From positions 1 through 64,000 of the forward strand of contig CAYUVA010000003.1 in the NCBI GenBank assembly GCA_964448115.1: 64,000 bases of DNA, in the 5' to 3' direction. Shown piece after piece: positions 11,001 to 21,022 of the stretch; the first letter of the stretch is position 1; every line of letters begins with the position of its first letter. The DNA comes from an uncultured bacterium. GTDB lineage: Bacteria; CAYUVA01. The notes under the pieces were generated by a model. That model saw nothing but the letters and a program-made list of their open reading frames with translations, was not told the DNA's origin and did no database searches. Made by a program: the position numbers and the translations under genes.

Positions 11001-11394
11001 AATGGACATAGACTCTGATGATATTATTTACCTGCTCGATATAAAGAACAACCTGGTCGCCAAGTGCGATCTGAACATGACATACCGGGGCAGTATTCGA
11101 ACAATTGACTACGATGAGCAAGGCTACTACATACTCAAGGTTGACCAGCTAGGGAATATCTTTATCTTGCAGCCGGCCAAGAACTATGTCCATCTATACA
11201 GCCCGAATGGCGAGGTGCACATGAGAAAAATGGAACAGATTCCCTTTGATATTGATGGTCTTGACACTTCGGGGATGAAGCCATTGATGATAGCTCCTGG
11301 ACCAAAAGGCATTTACCATATCCTAACCGATACCGGTGATATAATAAAGATCAAGGCTTACTGGTTTCCCTATCCGGTAAGGGGGATTGATTAA
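8086..11394 (+). CDS. ArnT/PMT-like (GT-C) glycosyltransferase fused to PA14 domain and NHL-type beta-propeller
   Basis: N-terminal multi-TM region with acidic first loop (GTEE) and LGVSLFNLRLP; PA14-like WEGSILVSKGDEY..IDSEGFGELYIDD..KGLHKL..LSW; C-terminal repeats FDSSGRILI, LDSQNNLWV, IDSDDIIYL, VDQLGNIFI. Confidence 0.7.
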   Translation: MILGAFDIIWLLILLFLALLASYLLLRHGSRSIPLVIFIVGLFVSYVGQAYLQVDQVRLGYIIYIPAVFFALIAFYLQNKKQFHHVEIIFPPRLELLMAALAIGVGIFFKLYKVTTLPASPGTEECVHGMHALWVLDYGWRYPIQVQGVTWSIGIYIWALSLHLLGVSLFNLRLPIIILNMVALFLYYFTFRRLFNNRVAFVACTLFSIMLWNNAITRVPQKECFVPFFTIASLFFLVRAIDMNKLLDYILASLFIVLGNYTFQGFRTADLMLAAAFMYSVVFKKRYFRCNWWRIVVMLIAMAAFFYPFIKLKGIVYLLPDHGVAVMGEHTSEQKMKESALFALQMYNYKVFGQQPFNYTDRRYKDTILQWGRDLGNILINKTQYTSNKTMRWILATLGQASRALVLRPNKVDIMNIYLKVFFTFGWILCLIRFTRHGYGFCFTYLLFGTLGAMVLEGILRRFNAIQVIIPVMSAIGLDWGLCALAKLKRGGWRRRYATFALILLAVFSMSNFYIYKVHILQHYNLMGWVDLIVDYFKRDFKDYDMVPRTGTPDYMSFLTWEVTRNLDYYLHPELAWEQVFPPHHKYFKPYKGVAYIFDYQNINFREFNMVMQYCPNTTFKVLKDGNKPIHLVLKVPRGDLDRIFGLNTCFYRSRSDLNQDLAFKRGNYFRAKDFELIGDVNLSFPVYCKWEGSILVSKGDEYHVCIDSEGFGELYIDDHLMYKQGADNQVKFIEKQYLLKGLHKLVILDEISHKNDRVELSWWISEHHYYRTPRKVDDFRILTVSAEGNPLSAPKVNTRLPKAKLLTHKKGILSDYLERANTSELNMVADRWDNLYIFNHNSHYPLQITANYELNPIRKEGYSKTLSKIFDVEFDSSGRILIVSWDKFSALISKQESSTLLRLFDQDLNLLREEDVFVWYVDGALDSQNNLWVRTGYPEHLYLSKFNDRLLHVKEWSFKHLVNHQLTHISRMDIDSDDIIYLLDIKNNLVAKCDLNMTYRGSIRTIDYDEQGYYILKVDQLGNIFILQPAKNYVHLYSPNGEVHMRKMEQIPFDIDGLDTSGMKPLMIAPGPKGIYHILTDTGDIIKIKAYWFPYPVRGID

Positions 11395-11409
11395 GTAGAT
11401 ATTAGTTTT

Positions 11410-12369
11410 TTATCTTAAATATCCTAGATGTCTTAAGAAAACCTCATTTTCAGACCATTTTTGCCTGACCTTGACATGTAGTTCGATATAGAACCGGGCA
11501 TCGAATAAGAATTCCAGCTCCTTTCGAGCCTCGCTTCCGATGCGCTTCAAAAAACTTCCCCCCTTGCCGACAATCATCCCCTTATGCGAATTCTTCTGGA
11601 CATATATTACCGCATAAGCCTTATATAGATTCTTCGATTCATCATACTCGTTATGTTCCACAGCTACGGCGACCGAGTAAGGTATCTCCTGCCTGGTATG
11701 AATGAAGACTTTTTCACGCAGGAGCTCGGCGATGAATGCCTCAATCGGCTGATCGGTAACCATATCTGGCGGGAAATGGGGGGGATCGATAGGCAGAACT
11801 GCGGTTATTGTCTTGAGCAGCTCTTCGAGGTTGGTCAGCTTGATAGCGCTAACCGGAACTATCTGATCAAAGCCATACAGCTTGTTTATCTTATCTATTA
11901 CCTCCAATACATCGCCCTTTGTGGTGAGATCGATCTTATTAAGCGCTACGATCAGGGGCTTATTGCTGGATTGTAGATCCTCAAGCACCCAGCCGAGCTT
12001 TTCCGGCTCCTGTCTTTTGATATCGACCACTAACAATATGACATCCGCCTCCTCCATGCTGCCTAGGGCGCTTTGCAACATGCCTCGGTTGAGCAATGAT
12101 TTACCCTTGTAAAGCCCCGGGGTATCGACAAAGATTACCTGGAAGTCCTTTCTGGTCAGGATGCCCCTGATGTTTGTCCTGGTGGTCTGTGGCTTTGGCG
12201 AGGTGATGGCAATTTTCTGCCCCACCATAGCGTTGATCAAGGTGGACTTGCCGACATTGGGCAAGCCGAGCACTGCCACGAAACCGGATCGATGATCTGA
12301 TGCACCGTTCGGAATTAGCTCCCCATCGCTCGCTTCTTGCTGGTCATTATCCATGAACTTATCGTTCAT
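11410..12369 (-). CDS. era: GTPase Era
   Basis: GLPNVGKSTL, KPQTTR, DTPG, NKID, EIPYS and KH domain. Confidence 0.97.
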   Translation of the reverse strand: MNDKFMDNDQQEASDGELIPNGASDHRSGFVAVLGLPNVGKSTLINAMVGQKIAITSPKPQTTRTNIRGILTRKDFQVIFVDTPGLYKGKSLLNRGMLQSALGSMEEADVILLVVDIKRQEPEKLGWVLEDLQSSNKPLIVALNKIDLTTKGDVLEVIDKINKLYGFDQIVPVSAIKLTNLEELLKTITAVLPIDPPHFPPDMVTDQPIEAFIAELLREKVFIHTRQEIPYSVAVAVEHNEYDESKNLYKAYAVIYVQKNSHKGMIVGKGGSFLKRIGSEARKELEFLFDARFYIELHVKVRQKWSENEVFLRHLGYLR

Positions 12370-12436
12370 AATCCATTTTTCTTACTAAAGAATATGTGGT
12401 TAGGGAATTAAGTGTGCTCAAATGCTCCAAGTGATC

Positions 12437-13765
12437 TTATTCGGACTTATTCCCATCATTATCTTTCTTGTCTTTCTGGTCTTTTGGGGGTAGCGATTCA
12501 GGTGTCGTTTTTATCCCTACCTTGTGTATCCTTCTTGAATCCGCCTCGATGATGATAAACTTAAGCCCGTTGAATAGAAGCTCCTCACCTTTTTGTGGGA
12601 TGTGCTCCATCTGTTGGAACAGGAAACCACCCAAAGTATCGAAGTCTCCTTCGGGAAACTCGATATTCAGTAGATCTCCTAGTTCATCTATGGATATCTT
12701 AGCGTCCGCCTGATAGGAGCCATCTCCATTGGAGATGAATTCCGCCTCCTCTTCGTCATACTCGTCCTGTATCTCTCCGACTATCTCTTCGAGAAGATCC
12801 TCGATGGTAACCAATCCAGCGATACCGCCGTATTCATCGACTATCATCGCTATATGAATCTTTTCTCTCTGGAACTCGAACAGCAGGTCCTTTACCTTCT
12901 TTGTCTCTGGAACGAAGTGAGCCTGGCGCAGGATGCCCTCCAGCTCCAGTTTCTCATCTGCCTTTAGCAATTTTTGAATAATGTCTCTGATATAAAGTAT
13001 GCCGACGATATTGTCTATCTTACCCTGGTAAACCGGTATCCTCGAATAGCTCGAATCCTTTATCAGTTGGTAGATCTCCTCTTTGGGCAGGTCGAGGTTA
13101 ATACAATACATGTCAATCCTCGGCGTCATGACCTCCCTTACCACCAGGTCTCTGAGTTCAAGCACGCTGGTCAGTATCCTTCTTTCCCCCTCGGCGAATA
13201 GACCCTCTTTAGCGCCAGCTTCGATCATCGCCTGTATCTCGACCTCAGCCATAGCAGACTTATCCTCGCCATTCTCCATATCCCTCGATTTTACAAGCAG
13301 GTTGTTCAACTTCACCAAAAGCGCGGAAAATGGAAATAACAAGATAAAGAAAAGCAGCAGAATGGGAAGGTAATAGGGCATGGCTGACTGTAGATTGTTA
13401 GGATAGAACTTTGAAACAAAAGTAATGCTGACCACGGTTAATATAAGCCATGCAGCGACTAAACCAAGCAGATAAATCCAGGGATGCTCATAGCCGAGGC
13501 TGTCAAGCAACCATAGTATGGAGAAAGCGAATACGAGTGTGCATAGTAATCGCCCTGCCATCACGGTGTTGGTTAGATATGCCGGCGAGCGATGCCATAG
13601 GCTTACATACCAGCGTCCTTCTAAGCTCTTGTGGGCTAATATGCCTCTTAAGCGCGAGATGCTTAAACCGCTTAGTACTTTCTCGTACAGGGCGAAAAGA
13701 GCCGAAAAGATAAGGGTTATGATGCCTGCCATCATGGCAAGCCACGAGTTGGGATCGCTATCCAA
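12437..13765 (-). CDS. CNNM/CorC-HlyC hemolysin-family protein (DUF21 + CBS pair + CorC_HlyC)
   Basis: N-terminal TMs, VREVMTPR, SRIPVY, VDEYGGIAGLVTIEDLLEEIVGEIQDEYD, DTLGG. Confidence 0.92.
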   Translation of the reverse strand: MDSDPNSWLAMMAGIITLIFSALFALYEKVLSGLSISRLRGILAHKSLEGRWYVSLWHRSPAYLTNTVMAGRLLCTLVFAFSILWLLDSLGYEHPWIYLLGLVAAWLILTVVSITFVSKFYPNNLQSAMPYYLPILLLFFILLFPFSALLVKLNNLLVKSRDMENGEDKSAMAEVEIQAMIEAGAKEGLFAEGERRILTSVLELRDLVVREVMTPRIDMYCINLDLPKEEIYQLIKDSSYSRIPVYQGKIDNIVGILYIRDIIQKLLKADEKLELEGILRQAHFVPETKKVKDLLFEFQREKIHIAMIVDEYGGIAGLVTIEDLLEEIVGEIQDEYDEEEAEFISNGDGSYQADAKISIDELGDLLNIEFPEGDFDTLGGFLFQQMEHIPQKGEELLFNGLKFIIIEADSRRIHKVGIKTTPESLPPKDQKDKKDNDGNKSE

Positions 13766-14255
13766 CTATAACTCCTTGCTCTATGTTCAGGTTTTCCACC
13801 AGGCTTTCGAGCCTACCTAAAACCGATTCCTCCATGCCCGGTTGATCATGATGAATACCGATAAGGTGAAAGATTCCATGAACGATCAAGATGAGCATTT
13901 CTTTGTCAATACTGTGTCCTAACTCCTTTGCCTGTTCTTTTGCCCTATCCAATGAGACGATAATATCCCCTAGAGGTATCGGTATCTTCGGATCCCTTTG
14001 GTGTATCTCGCCCAGGGCATCCTCGAAACTGTCAGCAGACAATTCCATCTGCGGAAAGGAAAGGCAATCCGTAACCTTATCGACATTCCTTAGCCTTTTA
14101 TTATATCTACGAATGCTCAAATTATCAACTAGCAATATACTGACCTGGCTTGTGCCTGGCAATCCGAGGATCCGCATGACAGCCGAGATATTCTCGATGA
14201 GTTTTTGCTGATTGACCCTCATTACAGGGTGTTCGATATCTATTAATATTTCCAT
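13758..14255 (-). CDS. ybeY: rRNA maturation endoribonuclease YbeY
   Basis: TDCLSFP, LGDIIVS, HGIFHLIGIHH (H3xH5xH); phoH-era operon context. Confidence 0.92.
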   Translation of the reverse strand: MEILIDIEHPVMRVNQQKLIENISAVMRILGLPGTSQVSILLVDNLSIRRYNKRLRNVDKVTDCLSFPQMELSADSFEDALGEIHQRDPKIPIPLGDIIVSLDRAKEQAKELGHSIDKEMLILIVHGIFHLIGIHHDQPGMEESVLGRLESLVENLNIEQGVIVG

Positions 14256-14338
14256 CAGTGGCGTAACTCAATCCTCCATCAGGGTAATTTTAACAATACA
14301 AAGTGTAGCAATAACTATACTCGATGGTTTCAATCATC

Positions 14339-16837
14339 TCAAAGAACATCCTTCAATGAAGGGATTTCTAAGGTTTTGGAGCTGTTTCGTGAGTCCTCTT
14401 TCCTTTGCTGTTCCTTGCTTTGCTTATGGGGGTATTCGATGCGGGTATGGTACATGCTTATCAGTATTTTAACGAAGCTGTTGATGATGATGGTCAGCTC
14501 GTGAAATGTGAGGTTGCAGTGATCGAACTGTCCGTCTCTGAACTTGTCGAGCGATATTTCGCGTACTCGTTGTTTTATATTTGAGGATGTCGGGTTAGGC
14601 AGTGCACGAACAGCAGCCTCCACGCAATCGGCTAAAAGCACTATGGCAGCCTCTTTGGTGCGCGGCCTTGGCCCCGGGTAGCGAAAATCAGCCTGTGATA
14701 CCTCGCAGCCTTGATCTGCGACCTTCAGTGCCTTATCATAGAAGTAATAAATCAGCCCGGTGCCATGGTGCTGTTGTAGTATATCTATGATCGGCTTGCC
14801 GAGTTTATATCTTTTGGCCATCTCTATGCCTTCCTTGACATGCGACTTTATGATCAGGGCGCTCATATTTGGCTTTAGTTGATCGTGCTTGTTATAGCCG
14901 CTCTGGTTCTCTGAGAAATACTCCGGCTTGTTTATTTTGCCGATGTCGTGAAAGAGCGCAGCCACTCGCACCAGCACAGCATTTACCTTTATGTCCTCGG
15001 CAGCAGATTCAGCAAGATTAGCGACGATCTGGCTGTGCTGAAAGGTGCCTGGAGCCTTGGTCAGAAGCTCCTTGAGCAATGGATGGCGAGTGGTCCCAAT
15101 CTCTAAAAGTCGAATGACCGTGGTTACATTGAATAACGCCTCCAGAACCGGCAAAAAGGCAGAGGCTAGAACCGAGACCAATAATCCACCAATGAATGCG
15201 CAGAACAAGGCGAGAAGTGCCTCGGAGCTAAAAAATATGCCATTTTTCATATTGAGCGCAAGGACAGCAGCAACATTGACCACGCTTATTGCTAGACCAG
15301 AGTACCAGATCACCGCGCGTCGCTTGATGTCCTCTGAGGAGAGGATCGCTACCAATCCACCTAGAAATGAGTAAATGGCATACTCGAAGGAAAGTCCGGG
15401 TATCATGCCGATAAATATGCTGGATAGGATGACAAAGGAAAAGGCTGTCTTGCGAAACAACAGCAATGTAGCCATCAGAGAGCCAAGCGCAAAGGGAACT
15501 GCATAATAATAGCCCTTCACATAGTTGAAGGGGCGCGAGGCAATGGAGTTACCCAACACATCGAACAGGGCGATAAAACCGCGCGATAACAGGATATTGA
15601 GGACTAATAGAACCACCAGGAGCAGGAAGTTCTTTTTATCATCCCTAATCATGCGATCAAATCTGGATAGAAAGATATATGTTACAGCCAATAGGACAAT
15701 AATCTGCAATAACATGCCCAGCCAGTTGGTGAAGATGCCATGCGTGGAGCGCAACTCCTTCAGCGCTTGCAGCTTCATTAGCTGAACCTTGTTTATCCTC
15801 TCCCCTTCTCTGACGATCATTTCACCCTTTTTTACCTTGAAATATGCGAGATCGACCGCCTCGACTGCCTCTTGTTTTCGCCTTTGGGTCTCCAGTTTAT
15901 CTATGGTCAGGGTTGGCTTGATCAGTTTACCCAAAAATCTCTCCAGAGCCTGTTGCATAACCTGATCTGCCGGGTAGTATTCGATGATGCTGCTCTTGAT
16001 AAGCTCCTTGCACTGGGATAGATCCATGATCCTGGAGATGTCCTTTATCAAGGTCTCCATTCCAGTGCCCAGATCCCTCAATTGTAAACCCTTATCCTTC
16101 GCTTCCTCCAAGCTATTAAGATCGCTTACGACATACTTGTTGAAGACATTGTCGATGATGCGAAGTATCCTTGCCTCCAATGTCTCATTGAAACCGACCG
16201 AGTTGAACACCTCGAAGGTTTGTTGCGACATATCAATTTGATATCTTTGGATCAGGTTCTGGTATCTTTGCCCTGGGGTGAGTATCGGATATAGCTCTAT
16301 TGTCGCTGAATTGTCGGCATCGGTATCCTGGCTTTGATTGTCCAGGTCGGTGGGCACCTCGATCTTAACATCGTCAATAGTTACAGTCAGCTTCTCACTT
16401 TTCTTAGTTTTCTCCTTTTCAGGCATAGCGGTGGGAGTCAATTGGTACATCTTCTGGTTTCTGGCTATGATCTGTCGCTGCTCGTTGAAGATGTCTTCTA
16501 TTGTTTTGCGAAGCTTTTTGGCGTAAAGCGAATCGAAATCATAAACCGAGGATGTGGATGCGATAGCCTGCTGGCGTCTTTTCTCGGTGGTCTCCACATC
16601 CTCTACGCTGAATTCCCTGGTTGCCTTTATGTCTCTATCTGCGATCTCATCCAGGGAATAATCATAAGTATAGCGAGGTCTATGCAGATTTGGGGTCAAT
16701 AAAAATGACAAAAGCAGTACAAGAAGGATCGCGCAACCCAAAAAGATGACTTTCGGCGTATATTCACGGATATAGCTATAAAGCCTTTTTGTCTTCAAAG
16801 GGCTATGATTGCTTTTCTTTGGCTTTTTTTCTTTCAT
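14339..16837 (-). CDS. 7TM-HD phosphohydrolase (PgpH/YqfF-like, putative cyclic-dinucleotide phosphodiesterase)
   Basis: Extracellular domain (GEMIVREGE), 7 TMs, APGTFQHS, HDIGK, HHGT, FRYPGPRP, LADCVEAA. Start moved to ATG 16837 (MKEKKP), overlapping the phoH end. Confidence 0.9.
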   Translation of the reverse strand: MKEKKPKKSNHSPLKTKRLYSYIREYTPKVIFLGCAILLVLLLSFLLTPNLHRPRYTYDYSLDEIADRDIKATREFSVEDVETTEKRRQQAIASTSSVYDFDSLYAKKLRKTIEDIFNEQRQIIARNQKMYQLTPTAMPEKEKTKKSEKLTVTIDDVKIEVPTDLDNQSQDTDADNSATIELYPILTPGQRYQNLIQRYQIDMSQQTFEVFNSVGFNETLEARILRIIDNVFNKYVVSDLNSLEEAKDKGLQLRDLGTGMETLIKDISRIMDLSQCKELIKSSIIEYYPADQVMQQALERFLGKLIKPTLTIDKLETQRRKQEAVEAVDLAYFKVKKGEMIVREGERINKVQLMKLQALKELRSTHGIFTNWLGMLLQIIVLLAVTYIFLSRFDRMIRDDKKNFLLLVVLLVLNILLSRGFIALFDVLGNSIASRPFNYVKGYYYAVPFALGSLMATLLLFRKTAFSFVILSSIFIGMIPGLSFEYAIYSFLGGLVAILSSEDIKRRAVIWYSGLAISVVNVAAVLALNMKNGIFFSSEALLALFCAFIGGLLVSVLASAFLPVLEALFNVTTVIRLLEIGTTRHPLLKELLTKAPGTFQHSQIVANLAESAAEDIKVNAVLVRVAALFHDIGKINKPEYFSENQSGYNKHDQLKPNMSALIIKSHVKEGIEMAKRYKLGKPIIDILQQHHGTGLIYYFYDKALKVADQGCEVSQADFRYPGPRPRTKEAAIVLLADCVEAAVRALPNPTSSNIKQRVREISLDKFRDGQFDHCNLTFHELTIIINSFVKILISMYHTRIEYPHKQSKEQQRKEDSRNSSKTLEIPSLKDVL

Positions 16838-17789
16838 AAGCCTCAATGATCTTTTGCACCAGGCTATGGCGAACCACATCCCTTGGACCAAAGCGGATGA
16901 TTCCGATATCTTCGATATCTGCAAGCAGATCGATTGCTTGTATGAGTCCGGATTCTCTGTTGCTTGGCAGATCTACCTGGGTTATATCGCCGGTAATTAT
17001 AGCCTTGGAGTTTATCCCCATGCGAGTGAGGAACATCTTCATCTGCTCAGCGGTGCTGTTTTGCGCCTCGTCAAGGATGATGAAGCAGTTATTCAGCGTT
17101 CTTCCCCGCATATAAGCCAAGGGAGCTATCTCGATCAAGCCCCGCTCGGTATATTTTGCAACCTTCTCCACGCCTAAAAGCTCATATAGTGCATCGTACA
17201 AGGGGCGCAAGTAGGGATTTACCTTCTGGTACATATCTCCGGGCAGGTAACCGAGCTTCTCTCCAGCCTCCAGGGCAGGTCGAGTAAGGATTATTCTGTC
17301 GAGCAGATGCTCCTGGATATAGAATATCGCCATCGCCACCGCCAGGTAGGTCTTGCCGGTGCCGGCTGGACCAACCGAGAAGACCATGTCCTTCTCCTTC
17401 ATCAGCTCGATGTAGTCCTTTTGCGTCCTGCTTTTTGCCTTGACCGTCCTTCGGGGCAGGATGATAGCCTGCTCGTTGAAATCGCCCAGCTTGACCCTGG
17501 AACCCTGCGAGATCTGACGCACTGCAACTCTAAAATCCTCGTACCTGATCGATCTTTGAGCCTGTTGCATCCTTAATAGCTCTGTAAGGATCTCTTTGAC
17601 CTTTGCCACATCCTGGTGCTCACCCTCCAATATAAGCTCGGAAGCATTACCCTTTATCTTGACGAAGAAGGAGTGCTCCAGCAGCTTGATATTCCTGTCC
17701 ATAGTGCCGAAGAATGAACGATAATCAATGGAGGGATCGAGAGGGAATATTACCCTCCGGTAGTTGGTCGTTTTTTCCATATTCTGCAT
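16803..17789 (-). CDS. phoH: PhoH-family ATPase
   Basis: GPAGTGKTYLA, TRPALEAGEKLGYLPG, PLAYMRGRT, DEAQN, GDITQVDLP, DVVRH. Confidence 0.95.
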   Translation of the reverse strand: MQNMEKTTNYRRVIFPLDPSIDYRSFFGTMDRNIKLLEHSFFVKIKGNASELILEGEHQDVAKVKEILTELLRMQQAQRSIRYEDFRVAVRQISQGSRVKLGDFNEQAIILPRRTVKAKSRTQKDYIELMKEKDMVFSVGPAGTGKTYLAVAMAIFYIQEHLLDRIILTRPALEAGEKLGYLPGDMYQKVNPYLRPLYDALYELLGVEKVAKYTERGLIEIAPLAYMRGRTLNNCFIILDEAQNSTAEQMKMFLTRMGINSKAIITGDITQVDLPSNRESGLIQAIDLLADIEDIGIIRFGPRDVVRHSLVQKIIEAYERKKAKEKQS

Positions 17790-18023
17790 AACCGGTTTTT
17801 ATGCCCTATATCTTCCACCTTACACTAAAGGTTATTATACTCGCATATTCATGTTTCGTCCAAAATATACCACAGCCTTTAGACAATAGAATTGGGCGCA
17901 TTTGGTATGGTATCAATAAACTATTACCCCCTGGCTATTATTATGCTTTAGCCAACCTACACTGTATAAAGAAAGACTATATCGTTTTAGATATTCCTTT
18001 ACTGCTCATACGATCAAAGTAAG

Positions 18024-19052
18024 CTATCTTCTCCTTGCGATCTCTTTTTCCCGCATGATCTCCTCGGTGAGCTTCCCGAAGATCATCCTACCGGCAGTGG
18101 TCTGCAAAACAGAGGTAACGGTAACCTTTACATTCTGTCCGATGTATTCCTGCCCGTGATCGACCACAACCATAGTTCCGTCATCGAGGTAAGCTACTCC
18201 CTGGCTTGCTTCCTTTCCTTCCTTGAGTATAAAGACCTTCATCTCCTCGCCGGGAAGCACTACCGGCTTTACCGCATTGGCAAGCTCATTGATATTGAGC
18301 ACGGTAACTCCATGCAGCTCGCTGACTTTATTGAGATTATAGTCGTTGGTTATTAGCTTACCGCCGTAGAACTTAGCCAGCTCGACCAGCTTAAGATCGA
18401 CCTCCTTTACATTAGGGAAGTCCTTATCAACGATCTCGACCTCGATCTCGGTAAACTTCTGAACCTTTCTTAGTATATCCAGTCCTCTTCTTCCTCGGTT
18501 TCTTTTAAGAGTGTCCGAGGAGTCGGCAATGTGCTGGAGTTCGGTGAGAACGAATTGGGGAATGATCAAAACGCCCTCCAAGAAGCCAGACTCGCAGATA
18601 TCAGCGATCCTGCCATCTATGATTACGCTCGTATCCAGTATCTTGTAATCCTTGAAGCCTTCCTTCTCCTGGAAGAATCTCCTTAGATTATAGATATCAA
18701 AGGCTCCAATCTTCTTAACGCCGATAAGAACGCCCAGAATACTAAAAAAGACAAGGATTACAAACTCGATGAAACCCCTTATCTCGTCTAATGGCAAGGG
18801 ATTTATCACTAGCTTTACCATATAGCCGGTAGCTATCCCGATGAGCAGACCAAAGAAGCCGCCGATACTAATCTTCAAGGGCGCTGCCAATAAAGTTGGT
18901 GTTATCACCAGGAATATAATCGCCATGATGGCACCGATTCCAGCACCGATGAGATATCGCTCGCTGCCTTGGAAAAAACCATTGGCTGCTAATATACCGA
19001 AGATCATACCCAGGATTACTATAAGCGCGCCTCGTATCGTCTTGTAGATCAT
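18024..19052 (-). CDS. PIN/TRAM domain membrane protein (YacL-like)
   Basis: 4 N-terminal TMs, LDTSVIIDGRI, RGRRGLD, TNDYNLNKV, GVAYLDDGTMVVV, QTTAGRMIF. Confidence 0.93.
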   Translation of the reverse strand: MIYKTIRGALIVILGMIFGILAANGFFQGSERYLIGAGIGAIMAIIFLVITPTLLAAPLKISIGGFFGLLIGIATGYMVKLVINPLPLDEIRGFIEFVILVFFSILGVLIGVKKIGAFDIYNLRRFFQEKEGFKDYKILDTSVIIDGRIADICESGFLEGVLIIPQFVLTELQHIADSSDTLKRNRGRRGLDILRKVQKFTEIEVEIVDKDFPNVKEVDLKLVELAKFYGGKLITNDYNLNKVSELHGVTVLNINELANAVKPVVLPGEEMKVFILKEGKEASQGVAYLDDGTMVVVDHGQEYIGQNVKVTVTSVLQTTAGRMIFGKLTEEIMREKEIARRR

Positions 19053-19278
19053 ATAGTACCTTCACCCCCTTTCGTACTTGCTAGTATGCTAATTACATAC
19101 CTATTCCTTACTGTCTTTATGATTGCATTGGTAATATTGTATTCACCAATGATACCGCTATTATACAAGCTATTCATAAAAACAATTCTACCTTGCTTTT
19201 GTTCCCTTATCTGGATCTTGAACAAGGAATAGCCAGCTGGTGTTTATCATGCGAAAACACAAGAGATGACTATCATCA

Positions 19279-20355
19279 TTACAGCACCTTTTCCAAGCCA
19301 GCCACCAGCCTGGCATTTTGTTGCATGGTGCCGATGGTGATTCTAAGATAGTCTCCCAGGATAGGACGCACGATGACCCCCTCCCTGAGAAGCCTTTCAT
19401 AAAGCTCCTCTGCCTTTCCCGTGCATTCGATCAATACAAAGTTTGCCTGGCTCTCAAAGTACCTGATCCCCAAGCGCTCGAATTGATCGTAGAAATACTC
19501 CCTGCCCTGCTGGTTCAGTTTCTGTGATGCCTTGAGATGCTCGAAGTCATCCAGGGCAGCAATAGCTGCCTGCTGCGCTAACAGGGTAGGGGTAAAAACC
19601 GGCTTGAGCTTTGTCATTAGATCCACGATGGCTGGCTTGGTGATAGCATATCCTATTCGTAAACCAGCCAGACCATACGCCTTGGAGAAGGTACGCAGCA
19701 TGATCAGGTTACGACCCTGTTTGATATACTCCAGGGCATCTGGATAGTCCACCAGGTCAACGAAGTCATAGTAAGCCTCATCATGGACGACCACTATATC
19801 AGGGTCGATATTGTCCATGAACTTAGCAAAATCAGCCTGATTGAAGACAGTGCCAGTAGGATTATTCGGATTTGCCAGGTAAATCAGCCTCGTCCTGTCG
19901 GTTATCATCTCTGCCAGCTTCCCTAGATCCAGGGTCATGTTCTCATCAAGTTGGCAGTAAACCATCTCTCCCTGGGCGCTATAGCCGGCTATGGTAAAGA
20001 TGGGGAAGCTGGGGTGGAAGGTGAGCACCTGATCCCCTGGTGCCACGAAAATTTGAGCCATGATCCTAAGAAGCGGATCTCCCCCGTGGTCGAGGACAAA
20101 GTGATTCGGTGACAGGTTGAATCGCTCAGCCAACTTCTCGACCAGGTAGTATGAACCTGGATCCGGGTATAGATGCACTTGACTGGCAGCTCGCATGATC
20201 GCCTCTATTGCCTTGGGAGAGGGACCGAGCGGGTTCTCATTGGAGGCTAGCTTGACTACATCGGAAATGCCAAGCTCTCGCTCAAGCTCCTCGACCGGCT
20301 TGCCGTGTCTGTATAGCATCACCTTATCCAAAAACTGATTATACTTTAATGTCAT
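19279..20355 (-). CDS. hisC: Histidinol-phosphate aminotransferase
   Basis: KLASNENPLGPS, NPNNPTG, DEAY, RTFSKAYGLAGLRIGY, RITIG. Confidence 0.9.
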   Translation of the reverse strand: MTLKYNQFLDKVMLYRHGKPVEELERELGISDVVKLASNENPLGPSPKAIEAIMRAASQVHLYPDPGSYYLVEKLAERFNLSPNHFVLDHGGDPLLRIMAQIFVAPGDQVLTFHPSFPIFTIAGYSAQGEMVYCQLDENMTLDLGKLAEMITDRTRLIYLANPNNPTGTVFNQADFAKFMDNIDPDIVVVHDEAYYDFVDLVDYPDALEYIKQGRNLIMLRTFSKAYGLAGLRIGYAITKPAIVDLMTKLKPVFTPTLLAQQAAIAALDDFEHLKASQKLNQQGREYFYDQFERLGIRYFESQANFVLIECTGKAEELYERLLREGVIVRPILGDYLRITIGTMQQNARLVAGLEKVL

Positions 20356-20419
20356 CTGAAGCTATTCCTCCTGCTTGAAAAGGTTATCTTGCATAGGTAT
20401 TACTGCTTGAGCATCTATG

Positions 20420-20977
20420 TCAGCCTTCAACTCCGAGATCGATCCTTGTAAAGACACTATAATACGGATACATTTCCTTGAGTACCTCGCTTCCACCTTC
20501 CAGTCTATCGACCAGGGCGACTATGGCGGAGATCTCAAGAGCGTGATCCTTTGCTGCCTCGATAGCCTTCATGGTGGAACCGCCGGTTGTAACTACATCC
20601 TCGATTATTATGGCCTTTTTACCAGCAGCGACCAATCCCTCGATAGCTCGCTTTGTCCCGTGCCCCTTGGTCTCCTTGCGAACTATAAATGCATCGATTG
20701 CCTCCCCCTCGAGGTGGCTTACCAGTGCTACTGCGGTTACAATCGGATCCGCACCAAGGGTTATACCACCTACATAATCAGCTTCGATGTTATGCTCTTT
20801 TATCAGATCGAAGATCACCTTGCCGATGAGGTAACTCCCCTCAGCGCTCAGCGAGGTCAGCTTGGAGTCGAAGTAGTAATTGCTCTTTTTACCGGATACA
20901 AGGGTGAACTCACCGAACTTCAACGAGCGTTCCTTGAGCAGCTCTCTCAGCCTTTGCTTATAGTCAGCGACCTTCAC
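20420..20977 (-). CDS. pyrE: Orotate phosphoribosyltransferase
   Basis: GEFTLVSGKKSNYYFD, RKETKGHG, IIEDVVTTGGS (PRPP loop), VDR. GTG start. Confidence 0.95.
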   Translation of the reverse strand: MKVADYKQRLRELLKERSLKFGEFTLVSGKKSNYYFDSKLTSLSAEGSYLIGKVIFDLIKEHNIEADYVGGITLGADPIVTAVALVSHLEGEAIDAFIVRKETKGHGTKRAIEGLVAAGKKAIIIEDVVTTGGSTMKAIEAAKDHALEISAIVALVDRLEGGSEVLKEMYPYYSVFTRIDLGVEG

Positions 20978-21022
20978 TTGCTTCTCCCTTACATCTTCAA
21001 GTTATTCTTATTAACAGTGAAA

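Noticed and set aside
14339-16924. ORF-track starts at 16924, 44111, 62664, 62554, 3141 and 54047
   Set aside because: The upstream extensions overlap neighbouring genes or lack an RBS; downstream ATGs fit signal peptides, RBS or family N-termini better.
11410-17789. phoH-7TM/HD-ybeY-CNNM-era cluster as a novel system
   Set aside because: A well-known conserved operon.
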